Positions 1 through 9,125 of a DNA stretch of 64,000 nucleotides are shown piece after piece (within the stretch, counting starts at the first letter, position 1; the number at the start of each line of letters is the position of its first letter). The translations under genes were made by a program, and so were the position numbers. The notes below the pieces were generated by a model. The model was given only the letters and a program-made list of their open reading frames with translations, made no database searches and was not told the DNA's origin. This stretch comes from a virus, in the IMG/VR virus record IMGVR_UViG_3300032893_000030, positions 9,454 to 73,453 of that record; one strand, 5' to 3'.

Positions 1-1
1 T

Positions 2-199
2 GAAGGACAGTTCCTAAAGCCATTCACTGAAATCATCGGGCACTGCATCGCCCATCCTGATTTTCCAGGCATCAAGGACAAGAAGGGTGGATATGTCAAG
101 CACGTTCAATGGTGGATGGATTGGTTTGCTTCACATTGCATTGTAGAGATCAAGGGGACTGTGGTTGATTTGAAGGCAAAAACATTTGTGCGGCAGTGA
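2..199 (+). CDS. hypothetical protein, C-terminal fragment (5' end outside window)
   Basis: Frame 2 is open from the window edge to TGA at 197-199. Translation ...GHCIAHPDFPGIKDKKGGYVKHVQWWMDWFASHCIVEIKGTVVDLKAKTFVRQ. No recognisable family. Confidence 0.3.
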   Translation, partial: EGQFLKPFTEIIGHCIAHPDFPGIKDKKGGYVKHVQWWMDWFASHCIVEIKGTVVDLKAKTFVRQ

Positions 200-248
200 G
201 TGCTGTATGGTATATTTTGCAACAAAAGAATGAAAATGGACCGCCATT

Positions 249-947
249 TTGGTTTTGGATAATCGGGGCACTGATTATGGTAATCGTAGTTTACTGTTGC
301 TCATGAGCAATTATTTTGATCACGAATACCTGTCTCACTCCGATCTCAAATCCTTTGAGAAGAAGGTTGGTTTGCTCCGAGAGGATCCGCCAAATCTTCA
401 AGCCATTTTTGATCTTGGTACATTGATACATTCCACAATCCTTGAACCACATCTTGTAGAACACCCAGACGGTGATCCAGATTACGAACTTGCCAAGAAA
501 ATGCGCAAGACTTTCTTTGAAGATGGTCTGTGTCGGGCAATTGTGATGGGGAATGATTTTGTGCGCGAAAAAGAGTTCTATAATCCCAAAATGGAACTTG
601 GAGTCAAGTCGCGGTGTAAAATGGATGGGGCACGAACGAATCAGAAATTCTGTCTTGAATTGAAGGGATTAAATGTGATGACAGAAAATCAGTTCAATGA
701 TGCCCTGGTGAACTTTAATTACGATCGCGGAATTGCGTGGTATCTGCTCACCGCTGAATATCGTTGGGCGGTAATAGTAGGCATTAGCAAGAAAGACCCC
801 ACAAGATTGTTCAAACGGGTTGTAAAAAGAGGAGATGAATTCTATCTTGCCGGAGAACAAAAATGCATTGATGTGTTGAAACTTCTCAAGAACTACAGTC
901 CAGAGGACTTTAACGATATTGGGGGTTTTACAAACGTTCATAATTAA
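249..947 (+). CDS. PD-(D/E)XK superfamily nuclease (recombination/repair exonuclease-like)
   Basis: 232 aa ORF. D...E-x-K catalytic signature: CKMDGARTNQKFCLELKG, followed by a conserved Q/Y region. Start uncertain: TTG at 249 or ATG at 303. Sits in the nuclease/SSB module. Confidence 0.55.
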   Translation: MVLDNRGTDYGNRSLLLLMSNYFDHEYLSHSDLKSFEKKVGLLREDPPNLQAIFDLGTLIHSTILEPHLVEHPDGDPDYELAKKMRKTFFEDGLCRAIVMGNDFVREKEFYNPKMELGVKSRCKMDGARTNQKFCLELKGLNVMTENQFNDALVNFNYDRGIAWYLLTAEYRWAVIVGISKKDPTRLFKRVVKRGDEFYLAGEQKCIDVLKLLKNYSPEDFNDIGGFTNVHN

Positions 948-1011
948 ACATGGAAGCGTTAGGTAAGGATTGATTTAACATAAAAAACTAAAAAGAGTTT
1001 CCCCCAAGAAA

Positions 1012-1494
1012 ATGATAACTATTGATGATTTATTAAAGAGAATTCGGAAACACGCCTCAAGACAAGCAACTGGTATCTCTTTAAAATCAAGTGGTTATTA
1101 TGTAATCACAGTAGGTCCACATAAAGATCGGCCACTACATCGAGTTTTATTTGAGATGAATCTTGGTAGGCGATTATTGCATGATGAGATAATTCATCAC
1201 AAAAATCACAATAAAACTGACAATCGATTATCCAATTTGAAATTAACAAACCCATCCTCACATGGAAGACATCATGCAATCGACAGAGTTAAAAAAGGAA
1301 TAAATTTTGACATCAGTCAAATAGATAATCGCGGGGAAAGACATCCATTACACAAATTAAGTTTATCGGAAGTTAGAAGTATTCGTAAAAATTATAAACA
1401 CAACACCCGCGGATGGAGGCAAAAAGTAGCAGATCGATATAATGTGACAATAAGTTGCATCAAACATATTATGGCTAAACACACATGGAAATAA
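1012..1494 (+). CDS. HNH homing endonuclease (free-standing)
   Basis: 160 aa. Classic HNH motif EIIHHKNHNKTDNRLSNLKL...HGRHH. C-terminal basic DNA-binding tail typical of phage HNH_3-type homing endonucleases. Confidence 0.85.
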   Translation: MITIDDLLKRIRKHASRQATGISLKSSGYYVITVGPHKDRPLHRVLFEMNLGRRLLHDEIIHHKNHNKTDNRLSNLKLTNPSSHGRHHAIDRVKKGINFDISQIDNRGERHPLHKLSLSEVRSIRKNYKHNTRGWRQKVADRYNVTISCIKHIMAKHTWK

Positions 1495-1495
1495 A

Positions 1496-1939
1496 ATGAG
1501 CAGTTTAAATCGAGTAACACTTATTGGAAGATTAGGGAAAGATGTAGAAATCAGAACAATTGCATCAGGAGATATGGTTGCATCATTTTCCATGGCTACA
1601 TCCGAAACATGGAAGGATAAAGCAACTGGAGAAAAGAAAGAATCTACTGAATGGCACAACATTGTTGCCTGGCGCGGTCTTGCTGAGATTGCTTCCAAGT
1701 TTATGCACAAAGGCGATCTTGTCTTTATTGAAGGCAAGATGAAGACGCGTTCTTGGGAGAAAGACGGTGTGACCAGATACACCACTGAAGTCCTTGCAGA
1801 CAAAGTGATTCTGCTTGGCGGCAAACGGGAATCTTCGGCACCGCCTCCGCCAGATAGTGCGCCAGAGTCTGTGCGAAGTGCGCCGGCAAAGCAATCTCCT
1901 GCTTCAATGCAAGATGAAGTTGATTCGCTTCCTTTTTGA
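1496..1939 (+). CDS. ssb: single-stranded DNA-binding protein
   Basis: 147 aa. OB-fold SSB signature (RVTLIGRLGKDVEIR...WHNIVAWRGLAEIASKFMHKGDLVFIEGKMKTRSWEKDG). Gly/Pro-rich linker and acidic C-terminal tail DEVDSLPF (DDDIPF-like). Confidence 0.9.
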   Translation: MSSLNRVTLIGRLGKDVEIRTIASGDMVASFSMATSETWKDKATGEKKESTEWHNIVAWRGLAEIASKFMHKGDLVFIEGKMKTRSWEKDGVTRYTTEVLADKVILLGGKRESSAPPPPDSAPESVRSAPAKQSPASMQDEVDSLPF

Positions 1940-2415
1940 TCATGACTCTCAAAGAACTCGCTCAGGCATTAGTCAATAAAAAGTACTCCCATATTCCGGA
2001 GCATGCGCGCCCTGTAGTGAAATACCGAGATGGGACAGCGAATGAATTGACAAAAGCGATTCTTGCCTATTTTGAACTCAGGGGATGGAAGGCATTTCGC
2101 CAGGCTTCTGAAGGCCGATATCTGCCGGAACAGAAAGTAAAAAATGTACTCGGTCAGCAAGTGACAGTTAAAAAAGGGATGTATATCCCGCGTTCGCGCG
2201 GAGCAAAAGGCAGCGGAGATATTTCGGGGGCACTTCCTCCGCATGGGACGAGAATTGAAATTGAAATTAAGATAGGTAAGGATCGGCAATCAGATGTGCA
2301 GAAGGAGTTTCAGGCAGAGATTGAGGCCATGGGGGCCATCTACATGATTGTTCGGACATGGCAAGATTTCATCTTCCAAATTTCAAAATATGCACCAAAG
2401 AATGCTTCAGTTTGA
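1936..2415 (+). CDS. VRR-NUC domain nuclease
   Basis: 159 aa. Start overlaps ssb stop (ATGA). C-terminal GDISGALPPHGTRIEIEIKIGKDRQSDVQKEFQAEIEAMGAIYMIV matches the VRR-NUC (PD-(D/E)XK-related) motif pattern. Confidence 0.7.
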   Translation: MIMTLKELAQALVNKKYSHIPEHARPVVKYRDGTANELTKAILAYFELRGWKAFRQASEGRYLPEQKVKNVLGQQVTVKKGMYIPRSRGAKGSGDISGALPPHGTRIEIEIKIGKDRQSDVQKEFQAEIEAMGAIYMIVRTWQDFIFQISKYAPKNASV

Positions 2416-2602
2416 AACACCGATTCCAGTCATTCTTAAAGACACTAAGCAAGAGGCTTATGCTCTCTATGTGGAAAGTGGTGGTCTTCTTGAGAACGAC
2501 ATTTGGACTGTTATAGTCTGCGAGACATCGCAGATATTGCATTGCATGACTGATCAGCTTTTGATACACGCGAACTTTACTTTTGGAATTAAACGACAAT
2601 AG
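2402..2602 (+). CDS. small hypothetical protein
   Basis: 66 aa from in-frame ATG at 2402 (table ORF 2348..2602). Fills the gap before groEL and overlaps the VRR-NUC stop by 14 nt. No family recognised. Confidence 0.25.
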   Translation: MLQFETPIPVILKDTKQEAYALYVESGGLLENDIWTVIVCETSQILHCMTDQLLIHANFTFGIKRQ

Positions 2603-2608
2603 AATTTT

Positions 2609-4207
2609 ATGATGCCCAAGAACATTACATTCGATCAGGAAGCCACCGCCAAACTCAAGGCCGGCATCGACAAACTTGCAAACGCAGTCAAGGTTACTCT
2701 TGGCCCCGGAGGGACCAATGTGATCTATGAGAAGCAATTCGGTATTCCGTCCATCACAAAAGATGGTGTCACGGTTGCCCGTGAGATTTTTCTTGAAGAT
2801 ATCATTGAGAATATGGGTGCCCAGCTCGTCAAGGCTGTAGCCAATAAGACCGCAGATTCGGCTGGTGATGGAACTACGACAGCGACTGTATTGGCGCAGG
2901 CCATATTTACGGCTGGCATTAAGAACGTTGCCGCTGGGGCAAACAGGATGGATATCAAGAGAGGAATTGATGCTGCCGTTCAACAGACGGTAGCCAATCT
3001 CAAAAAAATGAGCCAGCCGGTTTCTGGAGATGACATTCAAAAGATTGCCACCATTTCTTCCAACGGAGATGAAGAAATTGGGCGATTGATCGCAACAGCC
3101 ATGGCAAAGGTCGGCAATGATGGGATTATTACCGTAGAGGACGCTAAGGCGACCAATAAGACGGAAGTTACCATTGTTGAAGGAATGCGCCTTGCGCGCG
3201 GATTCATCAGTCCCTATTTCATTACTGATCAGGAGAAGCAGGAAGCTGTGTTGATGGATCCATGCATTTTACTGTATGAAGGTGCGGTGACCAGCATGCG
3301 TCAACTTATTCCAATTCTTGAGGCGCAGCGTGAGAACAAGAAGACACAAGGTCGCCCAGTGCTTTTGATTGTGGAAGATGTTATCGGAGAAGGATTGTAC
3401 ACCCTGATCAAGAATTTTGTGCAGAAAGCCTTTGTTGGATGTGCGATTCAATGCCCTGATTTTGGCGAACAGCGCCGCGAGATCATGAAGGATATTGCGG
3501 CCATGACCAATGCCACAGTAATCAACAAAGAAACTGGATTGACGCTGGAGAAGGCAACACCGGACCATCTGGGTGGTGCTGAAAAAGTGCGTATTACCAA
3601 GGGCACGACTATTATCATTGGTGGACACGGACAGGGACCACGTAGTCAGCAGCGCATTGCGCATTTGAAGGCGCAACTGGAAGATGAGAATGTCTCAGAA
3701 GCATCAGGCAACCAGATCAGGGAGCGGCTGGCAAATTTGAGCAATGGCATTGCTGTGATTCATGTGGGGGGAGCAACTGATGTTGAGATTCTGGAGAAGA
3801 AAGACCGGCTTGATGATGCATTACACGCAACGCGGGCCGCTGTCCAGGAAGGAATTCTTCCTGGCGGTGGTGTAGCGCTGATTAGAAGCATGCCATCTGA
3901 AGTTCCGCCTGGTAATCCGGATTTTATTACCGGTGTCGATATCATTGAATCGGCTATTCAGGAACCGCTCAAGATCATCGCTGAGAATGCCGGCCAGAAC
4001 AAAGATCTAGTATTAAGTAAGGTGCTTGAAATGGAAGGAAACGTTGGATATGATGCCAAGCAACTCAAATATGTTGACATGATTGAGGCAGGCATCATCG
4101 ATCCAACAAAAGTTGTACGTCTGGCGCTGGAGAATGCGGCATCCATCGCTGGATTGTTATTGACCAGCCGCGCAGTTATTTCTCACGTTGAACCACCGCA
4201 ACAATGA
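2609..4207 (+). CDS. groL: chaperonin GroEL (Cpn60), phage-encoded
   Basis: 532 aa. Unmistakable Cpn60 sequence, including the ATP-binding AGDGTTTATVLA motif and conserved equatorial/apical segments. Lacks the C-terminal GGM repeat tail. Confidence 0.95.
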   Translation: MMPKNITFDQEATAKLKAGIDKLANAVKVTLGPGGTNVIYEKQFGIPSITKDGVTVAREIFLEDIIENMGAQLVKAVANKTADSAGDGTTTATVLAQAIFTAGIKNVAAGANRMDIKRGIDAAVQQTVANLKKMSQPVSGDDIQKIATISSNGDEEIGRLIATAMAKVGNDGIITVEDAKATNKTEVTIVEGMRLARGFISPYFITDQEKQEAVLMDPCILLYEGAVTSMRQLIPILEAQRENKKTQGRPVLLIVEDVIGEGLYTLIKNFVQKAFVGCAIQCPDFGEQRREIMKDIAAMTNATVINKETGLTLEKATPDHLGGAEKVRITKGTTIIIGGHGQGPRSQQRIAHLKAQLEDENVSEASGNQIRERLANLSNGIAVIHVGGATDVEILEKKDRLDDALHATRAAVQEGILPGGGVALIRSMPSEVPPGNPDFITGVDIIESAIQEPLKIIAENAGQNKDLVLSKVLEMEGNVGYDAKQLKYVDMIEAGIIDPTKVVRLALENAASIAGLLLTSRAVISHVEPPQQ

Positions 4208-4596
4208 ACTTATCCAAAGGAATTCCGCTCGAAGATCGAGTGTTGATCAAACCAAAAACTCCTGAAGAAAAAGTAGGAGATTTTTATCTCGGTGAAAAGG
4301 ATATCGAGAAACCCGTTGAGGGTGAAGTCATCTCGGTAGGTCCAGGTGCCTACAGTTACGGTGAAGAATTGATGGGGTCAATCCTTGAAGGAATCAATGT
4401 TCTTATTGAGAACAAAGGGTTGCAACCCATTCAGCGGCCATATTATCAGGCAATGAAGGTAAAGCCTGGTGATTATGTGTTGTACGGTCGTCATGCCGGC
4501 ACCAAACTAAGCATCAATGGAGAGACGTATCTGATGATTCGCCAATCGGACATTTTCATGATTATCGAAAAAGAGGTAGATTCGATAAACCAATGA
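4204..4596 (+). CDS. groS: co-chaperonin GroES/Cpn10-like (extended, gp31-like size)
   Basis: 130 aa. Overlaps groEL stop (ATGA). PLEDRVLIKP...GEVISVGPG...VKPGDYVLYGRHAGTKLSINGETYLMIRQSDIFMIIE aligns with GroES. About 35 extra residues relative to bacterial GroES. Confidence 0.85.
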   Translation: MNLSKGIPLEDRVLIKPKTPEEKVGDFYLGEKDIEKPVEGEVISVGPGAYSYGEELMGSILEGINVLIENKGLQPIQRPYYQAMKVKPGDYVLYGRHAGTKLSINGETYLMIRQSDIFMIIEKEVDSINQ

Positions 4597-4760
4597 TTCA
4601 TGTCTTGGAAAATTCTGATCGACTTAGATCCGAAAGGCTTAAAAAAGCAGTCAAACGGCTTAACCAAGAAAATGATAATCGCCGTCTTGGGAAACAATTC
4701 AAGGTAATTGTATTGATGATTATCATTGCCGTGGTATTATATTTCATCCGAAAACATTAA
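4593..4760 (+). CDS. small membrane protein (hypothetical)
   Basis: 55 aa, below the ORF-table cutoff. ATG overlaps groES stop (ATGA). Basic N-terminus then a hydrophobic helix (VIVLMIIIAVVLYFI). Confidence 0.3.
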   Translation: MIHVLENSDRLRSERLKKAVKRLNQENDNRRLGKQFKVIVLMIIIAVVLYFIRKH

Positions 4761-4926
4761 AACATAAATGGCGGTTTGAAAAATCGAACTGAAAGAGCAG
4801 TGGTCATGCTCCGTGGCCCCGAAAAGACGGGATAAGTCCACCTGAGTCGATGTAATAAATAACCTACGATGCGGGAGCATTTTAAGCCGAACAAACAGAT
4901 GCAATGCTAGCCAACGACCAATCGGT

Positions 4927-4952
4927 GGTCCCCGCTACAATGAGCGGGGACC
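4927..4952. terminator. GC-rich hairpin between convergent genes (putative bidirectional terminator)
   Basis: GGTCCCCGCT-acaatg-AGCGGGGACC. Perfect 10 bp stem at the convergence point of the + groES block and the - GT2 gene. It overlaps the GT2 stop codon. Flanking U-tracts are weak. Confidence 0.35.
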
Positions 4953-5702
4953 ATTAGGGTAGCGTTCCTTCACCCACTCTTTGATAAATTTTGGCAAGTC
5001 ACTTTGAATCGGAATGACATCTTCTGTTGCAAAGAATCTTGATGGATCAAATTCTTCAATCCCCTCAATGCGGCGCTCTGGTTCTAACCGAAACACTTCA
5101 TTGATCATGTGACGGATCTTCACAAGGTGTTTCTTTGGGTCACGCACGTAACCCATGTGAAATATGTGAATGTTCTCCATGAAATTAAAACACACTTCAT
5201 TGCAAGCCAGACTCTCCGCGTCATCATAGCACCGGTATTTGGTTTTTGCCAATCGAAGCACTTCTGTTGAGCACGGCTTACGCTCCTGTGGAACATTGAG
5301 TTGATGCCAAGGATCATAGAACAGGTTGTGCCGCTTGACCATGTACGATTCAAATCCATACTCGATTGCCTCTCTAATGAGGGGGAATGAATCTTCGTGG
5401 ATGATCTCATCCATCTGGAGATAAAATTGGTAATCGGTTTCAAGGCGACTGATGGCCATATTGGAAAAGTAGCTGAGTTTCTCTTTTCCTTGTTGGTTAC
5501 GCCATTCTTCTGGAGCACACAGAATAATGGTGGTTTTTTTATCTCCAAGTTTCAATAGATGCTCCTGTGTTCCGTCCGTAGACCCAGCATCCAGGACAAT
5601 GACATGATCCGCTAACTCCTGCATGCAGGCAATAGTTTCGCGGAAATTATAGTCTTGCTCTATGGCATTGTAGACGAAAGAAGCACATCCAAGTGTTTTC
5701 AT
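4935..5702 (-). CDS. glycosyltransferase family 2
   Basis: 255 aa. N-terminal GT-A motif VIVLDAGSTDGT and a DxD-like region (LQMDEII). Confidence 0.8.
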   Translation of the reverse strand: MKTLGCASFVYNAIEQDYNFRETIACMQELADHVIVLDAGSTDGTQEHLLKLGDKKTTIILCAPEEWRNQQGKEKLSYFSNMAISRLETDYQFYLQMDEIIHEDSFPLIREAIEYGFESYMVKRHNLFYDPWHQLNVPQERKPCSTEVLRLAKTKYRCYDDAESLACNEVCFNFMENIHIFHMGYVRDPKKHLVKIRHMINEVFRLEPERRIEGIEEFDPSRFFATEDVIPIQSDLPKFIKEWVKERYPNGPRSL

Positions 5703-5726
5703 TAAATTAGAGGTAAAATTACAGTT

Positions 5727-5975
5727 ATGGCATACGAAGATGATGATGAAACCGAAGGACCAGGTGCCCCGCCAGCACAGCCATCTGACAAAAAGAAACT
5801 CAAGCAGCGCATCAGTGATCTGAAGATGGATAAGCGCGTTGGTAAATGGGTGGGCGATCCGGATAATCCTACCCGTGGAATATATAAGGCACCACGATCA
5901 GAACAGCGTGAATACCGCAAGACCATCAAACAAAAGATCAGAAATTTGAGGTCTGGCCTGCCGGAGGATAGTTGA
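5727..5975 (+). CDS. small basic hypothetical protein
   Basis: 82 aa. Acidic N-terminus, Lys/Arg-rich remainder. GAGGT upstream of the ATG. Lone + strand gene between - strand enzymes. An alternative antisense ORF 5702..5980 looks like a low-complexity artefact. Confidence 0.4.
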   Translation: MAYEDDDETEGPGAPPAQPSDKKKLKQRISDLKMDKRVGKWVGDPDNPTRGIYKAPRSEQREYRKTIKQKIRNLRSGLPEDS

Positions 5976-5976
5976 T

Positions 5977-6519
5977 TCATATTTTCTGGGCAACAACGTA
6001 GAATGAATAGCGGTCGCGTCCATGATCTTCTCCGCTTTTTACGTGAACAAATCGCGCCTTAATGTTGCGTCCATTATAATCATAAGCTCCTCCACAGAAT
6101 GCGCGCTCGAAGAAGAACATGAAATTCATGAATGTGTAAGCGCGAATGTGCTCTTTGTTGTCATAATGATTATAGTGAATACCGTTCGGTAGATATAATA
6201 CCAGATGTCCACCAGGCTTGAGAATCCGATGCCATTCAGTGATCATCGCATAATCGTCCAGCACATGCTCGAGGAAATGCGAAGAGAATACGGTGTCAAA
6301 ATGCTGAGCAGGGTATGATGGGAATTCTCCTACAAAGGTTACCCCTTCCAGTTTACGTCCGTCCACTCCATCTGCCGAAGAAACAATCTTGTCCGGGCCG
6401 CAACCCCAATCCACAATTCGCCCTTTGATAAAACCCATCAATTCTGGCATGTCACGAACCTTGGCGGATTCAGACATATAAAGTTTCAGTTTAGGATCAT
6501 TGTTGTTTTCCATTGACAA
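5977..6519 (-). CDS. class I SAM-dependent methyltransferase (MT type 11-like)
   Basis: 180 aa. Motif I VDWGCGPDK and motif post-II LKPGGHLVLYLP. A second enzyme at 15520..16128 shares the HF(L/V)EH..LKP(G/E)G pattern. Confidence 0.8.
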   Translation of the reverse strand: MSMENNNDPKLKLYMSESAKVRDMPELMGFIKGRIVDWGCGPDKIVSSADGVDGRKLEGVTFVGEFPSYPAQHFDTVFSSHFLEHVLDDYAMITEWHRILKPGGHLVLYLPNGIHYNHYDNKEHIRAYTFMNFMFFFERAFCGGAYDYNGRNIKARFVHVKSGEDHGRDRYSFYVVAQKI

Positions 6520-7921
6520 AGGATTTGATACGGGTAATGATTGAAGTTGTGGTGTGCGTAATACATGGAGGCAGAATAGTATTTATCTGGCAATTTTGTC
6601 CGCGTACAGAAATCACATCATGGTAACAACCGGCAAACTGGCAATCATTTTGTACTACCTCAATATTGGTAAGATCAGCATACCGATAGGCGGGGTTTAC
6701 AGATCCGAAAAATATCATCGATTTTACTCCGCATGCTACCGCAATGTGAGCTGGGCCAGAATCCAATCCGATAAAGAAATCCGCTCCGGCGATCACGAAA
6801 CTCAACATAGCCTCTGTCATAGTTTCCATCTTAACACCCACGCCATGGTCCTCTCTTCCAACCTGAATCGCGATGTATCCTAATGATCGGACAAATTCGC
6901 CAATACGTTTCCAGTCAACGCCATGAACATATCGGTGCGGCATGTCATTATGGTCCAGATGGAATACGATGTACTTTTTGAATAATCTGGTTTTATCAAC
7001 CTTGATGTTCAATCGAGAATTTCTCAGCGGACCCTTTTTGACCTTAGAGAACTGATAAAATGACTTTAGTACTAATTGCTGTGGAGTGACCTCATAGGTC
7101 ATATCCAGGTTGATAGTGAGTGGATTAAACAATGTGCCTTCCACATCATCATAGAATTCAATCGGGAAATAGTGATTTTTAAAGAGAGCATAGTTCTTCT
7201 CAGTTGTCTTCAAAATTATCCGATAACCATTGCTGTAATACCATTCCATGACTGGCTCCAGCATGATCACATCACCCATCGCCATGTGCCGGACAAATAC
7301 TACAGGCGGTTTCCATGGGGGATGAAAATAATTATGGAATCCAAAAGTTGGTCCTTTTGGGGCATGTAGTTCATAGCTGAATGAATGAGCAAGATCATCA
7401 GGGGCATAACGTATACCTTGCTTTTCCAGATAACCTCTGTACAGCCGACAGATTATTTCATCCTCTGGAGAACAGATATCAATATTGGTATCACTGATAA
7501 GCAGGTCATGCAATTTTTTTGTACGCATTGAAAATCCACCATTGCCGACATTGCGGCCGTCACGGTACATCCATGGAGCGCCGATGTAATCGTACTCAAG
7601 GAATCTGTCATCCCAGGCGTCCGCATTGATGACATAGCCATCATGCTGGATGATCATTACATGAGAAGTCTCAATATACTTACCCATTTCTTTGACGATA
7701 TAGCGATTGTAATCGACTACCGATCGAAATGGTTCAATCAACACGCACTGAAAGGCCGTGGATTCAAATTGGATGTCACAGAACAAAATCACTTTCGCAG
7801 GTGCAATCTGCATGAGTGTTTTGTGAATGGCGGTGATTGTGTTGCCGTAATCTTTGGTTGTGACAGCAACCACTGTGACTTCTGGAAGCTGTAGGCGATT
7901 ATCCTGCGAGTTCTCTGACAT
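6497..7921 (-). CDS. two-domain glycosyltransferase: N-terminal DUF5672-like domain fused to GT9 (heptosyltransferase-like) domain
   Basis: N-terminal half has YDYIGAPW...GNGGFSMRTKK, which is DUF5672-like. C-terminal half has MAMGDVIMLEPV... and FFIGLDSGPAHIAVACGVKSMIFFG, the GT9 signature. The longest ORF starts at 7996 but would overlap the upstream gene by 98 nt. In-frame ATG at 7921 preferred. Confidence 0.7.
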   Translation of the reverse strand: MSENSQDNRLQLPEVTVVAVTTKDYGNTITAIHKTLMQIAPAKVILFCDIQFESTAFQCVLIEPFRSVVDYNRYIVKEMGKYIETSHVMIIQHDGYVINADAWDDRFLEYDYIGAPWMYRDGRNVGNGGFSMRTKKLHDLLISDTNIDICSPEDEIICRLYRGYLEKQGIRYAPDDLAHSFSYELHAPKGPTFGFHNYFHPPWKPPVVFVRHMAMGDVIMLEPVMEWYYSNGYRIILKTTEKNYALFKNHYFPIEFYDDVEGTLFNPLTINLDMTYEVTPQQLVLKSFYQFSKVKKGPLRNSRLNIKVDKTRLFKKYIVFHLDHNDMPHRYVHGVDWKRIGEFVRSLGYIAIQVGREDHGVGVKMETMTEAMLSFVIAGADFFIGLDSGPAHIAVACGVKSMIFFGSVNPAYRYADLTNIEVVQNDCQFAGCYHDVISVRGQNCQINTILPPCITHTTTSIITRIKSFVNGKQQ

Positions 7922-8744
7922 AAGATTCAAAACAGCGTTGATAATAAAAGTCGTATGCTTTTTCTCCAGTTGGAATATTGCATGGCGCAAAGTCACATGC
8001 TTCCAGTATTCGAGGCACTTTTATTGCCTCAGCGAGTGCCATGCACAGTGATTGGTTGCCGATAAAAAATGAAGAAGATTTTATGACGATGGCTAATTCC
8101 AAAAAATCATTCACTCTCAGGAGTGGAATTTTGAGGTTGAATTTTTCACTGAAATCGCGCCACTCATGATCCAGGCCTGCAAAGAGAAGGCGCGACTCAA
8201 GCGGCTTCAAAAATGAATAATTGATTTGCTCATTCCGATATCGCTCCGTGCGATTGATGATGATTGTGTTTGGCGGCACCATATCATTGGTTGGTACAAA
8301 AAGCCATGGCTTTGAAATATCACAAGCCATTTCAGGATAAATGTAGAATGGCCAGCGCGTGATACAGCCATACGGTTTGTTGATGTCCACATCCGGATTT
8401 ACCATCATGTCCAGATCGATGTATGTCTTGCTTTGATCTATCTCAGGGATGAACTGATATTCTGGTGTCCCTTCATTTTCTCGCCGGTAAGTGAAGGTAC
8501 TCACTTCAACAATCCAGTCTTGCGACAGGAGAAGAGGCTTGAGCATTTTGACGTTGTGTTCTTGCAAAAGAATTCCATCGTCAGGATGCTTTGCTCCTTC
8601 ATAAAAGAACCCGATCAACCCTAATCCTAGATGAAGATGCGCTGGCCGATTAAACTTCCGGCAAACTTCCCGGATGCCGGCTAGTGACTGAATCAAATCT
8701 CCTGGTAGAAGAGAGAATTTGAAGTTTATCGGATCGGTTGTCAT
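7899..8744 (-). CDS. GT9-like glycosyltransferase (heptosyltransferase homologue)
   Basis: 281 aa. C-terminal LLFAGLDHEW...FFIGNQSLCMALAEAIKVPRILE matches the GT9 nucleotide-sugar binding region. Confidence 0.65.
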   Translation of the reverse strand: MTTDPINFKFSLLPGDLIQSLAGIREVCRKFNRPAHLHLGLGLIGFFYEGAKHPDDGILLQEHNVKMLKPLLLSQDWIVEVSTFTYRRENEGTPEYQFIPEIDQSKTYIDLDMMVNPDVDINKPYGCITRWPFYIYPEMACDISKPWLFVPTNDMVPPNTIIINRTERYRNEQINYSFLKPLESRLLFAGLDHEWRDFSEKFNLKIPLLRVNDFLELAIVIKSSSFFIGNQSLCMALAEAIKVPRILEACDFAPCNIPTGEKAYDFYYQRCFESYVRELAG

Positions 8745-8765
8745 TGTAGCAATTTTCGCTTAATT

Positions 8766-9059
8766 TTGATTCAACTTAAAAAAAATTCTATGGCACGTTC
8801 AATTGATGTCCTTGTTTACCACTTTGTTGCCGGCGATCCTAACGGAGGACCCGCGAAATTGCTGGGTACGAGGCGCAGAGGTATCTCCGTGGATAACATC
8901 TTGGCACTTGATTCAGTCAATGTCCGAGGCGGGATGTCCGTCTACGGCCTTCCCATGCTGTATGGGAAGATTACATTGAAGCAGCCAGGATTGAGCCAGG
9001 AACTCTTCGTCATCGACACGGTTCAAGATCTCCTCAACAAAGAGAATACAGGAAACTAA
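8766..9059 (+). CDS. hypothetical protein (terminator-insulated small gene)
   Basis: 97 aa ORF. Probable start ATG 8790 (MARSIDVL...). AT-rich upstream region containing TAATTTTG. Followed by two hairpins. Confidence 0.4.
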   Translation: MIQLKKNSMARSIDVLVYHFVAGDPNGGPAKLLGTRRRGISVDNILALDSVNVRGGMSVYGLPMLYGKITLKQPGLSQELFVIDTVQDLLNKENTGN

Positions 9060-9066
9060 AACGAAA

Positions 9067-9090
9067 ATGCCGGAGCGTAATCCGGCATTT
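9067..9090 (+). terminator. hairpin ATGCCGGA-gcgtaa-TCCGGCAT
   Basis: 8 bp GC-rich stem immediately after the stop of the 8766..9059 gene. Short T stretch follows. Confidence 0.35.
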
Positions 9091-9125
9091 CGTGGCAACT
9101 TCCTCATTATTTGTTTTTCGGTTGT

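Noticed and set aside
4760-4935. Possible tRNA or small RNA in the groES/GT2 intergenic region
   Set aside because: No cloverleaf-compatible acceptor or T-arm (GTTCRANYC) pattern found by eye. Only a terminator-like hairpin is present.
5702-5980. 92 aa - strand ORF overlapping the 5727..5975 + strand gene
   Set aside because: Low-complexity Ser/Leu/Arg-rich product, mirror image of a better + strand ORF that has a GAGGT upstream. Kept the + strand call with low confidence.
6497-7996. Longest-ORF start at 7996 for the DUF5672-GT9 gene
   Set aside because: It would overlap the upstream GT9-like gene by 98 nt. In-frame ATG at 7921 leaves a 23 nt overlap and a full-length domain.
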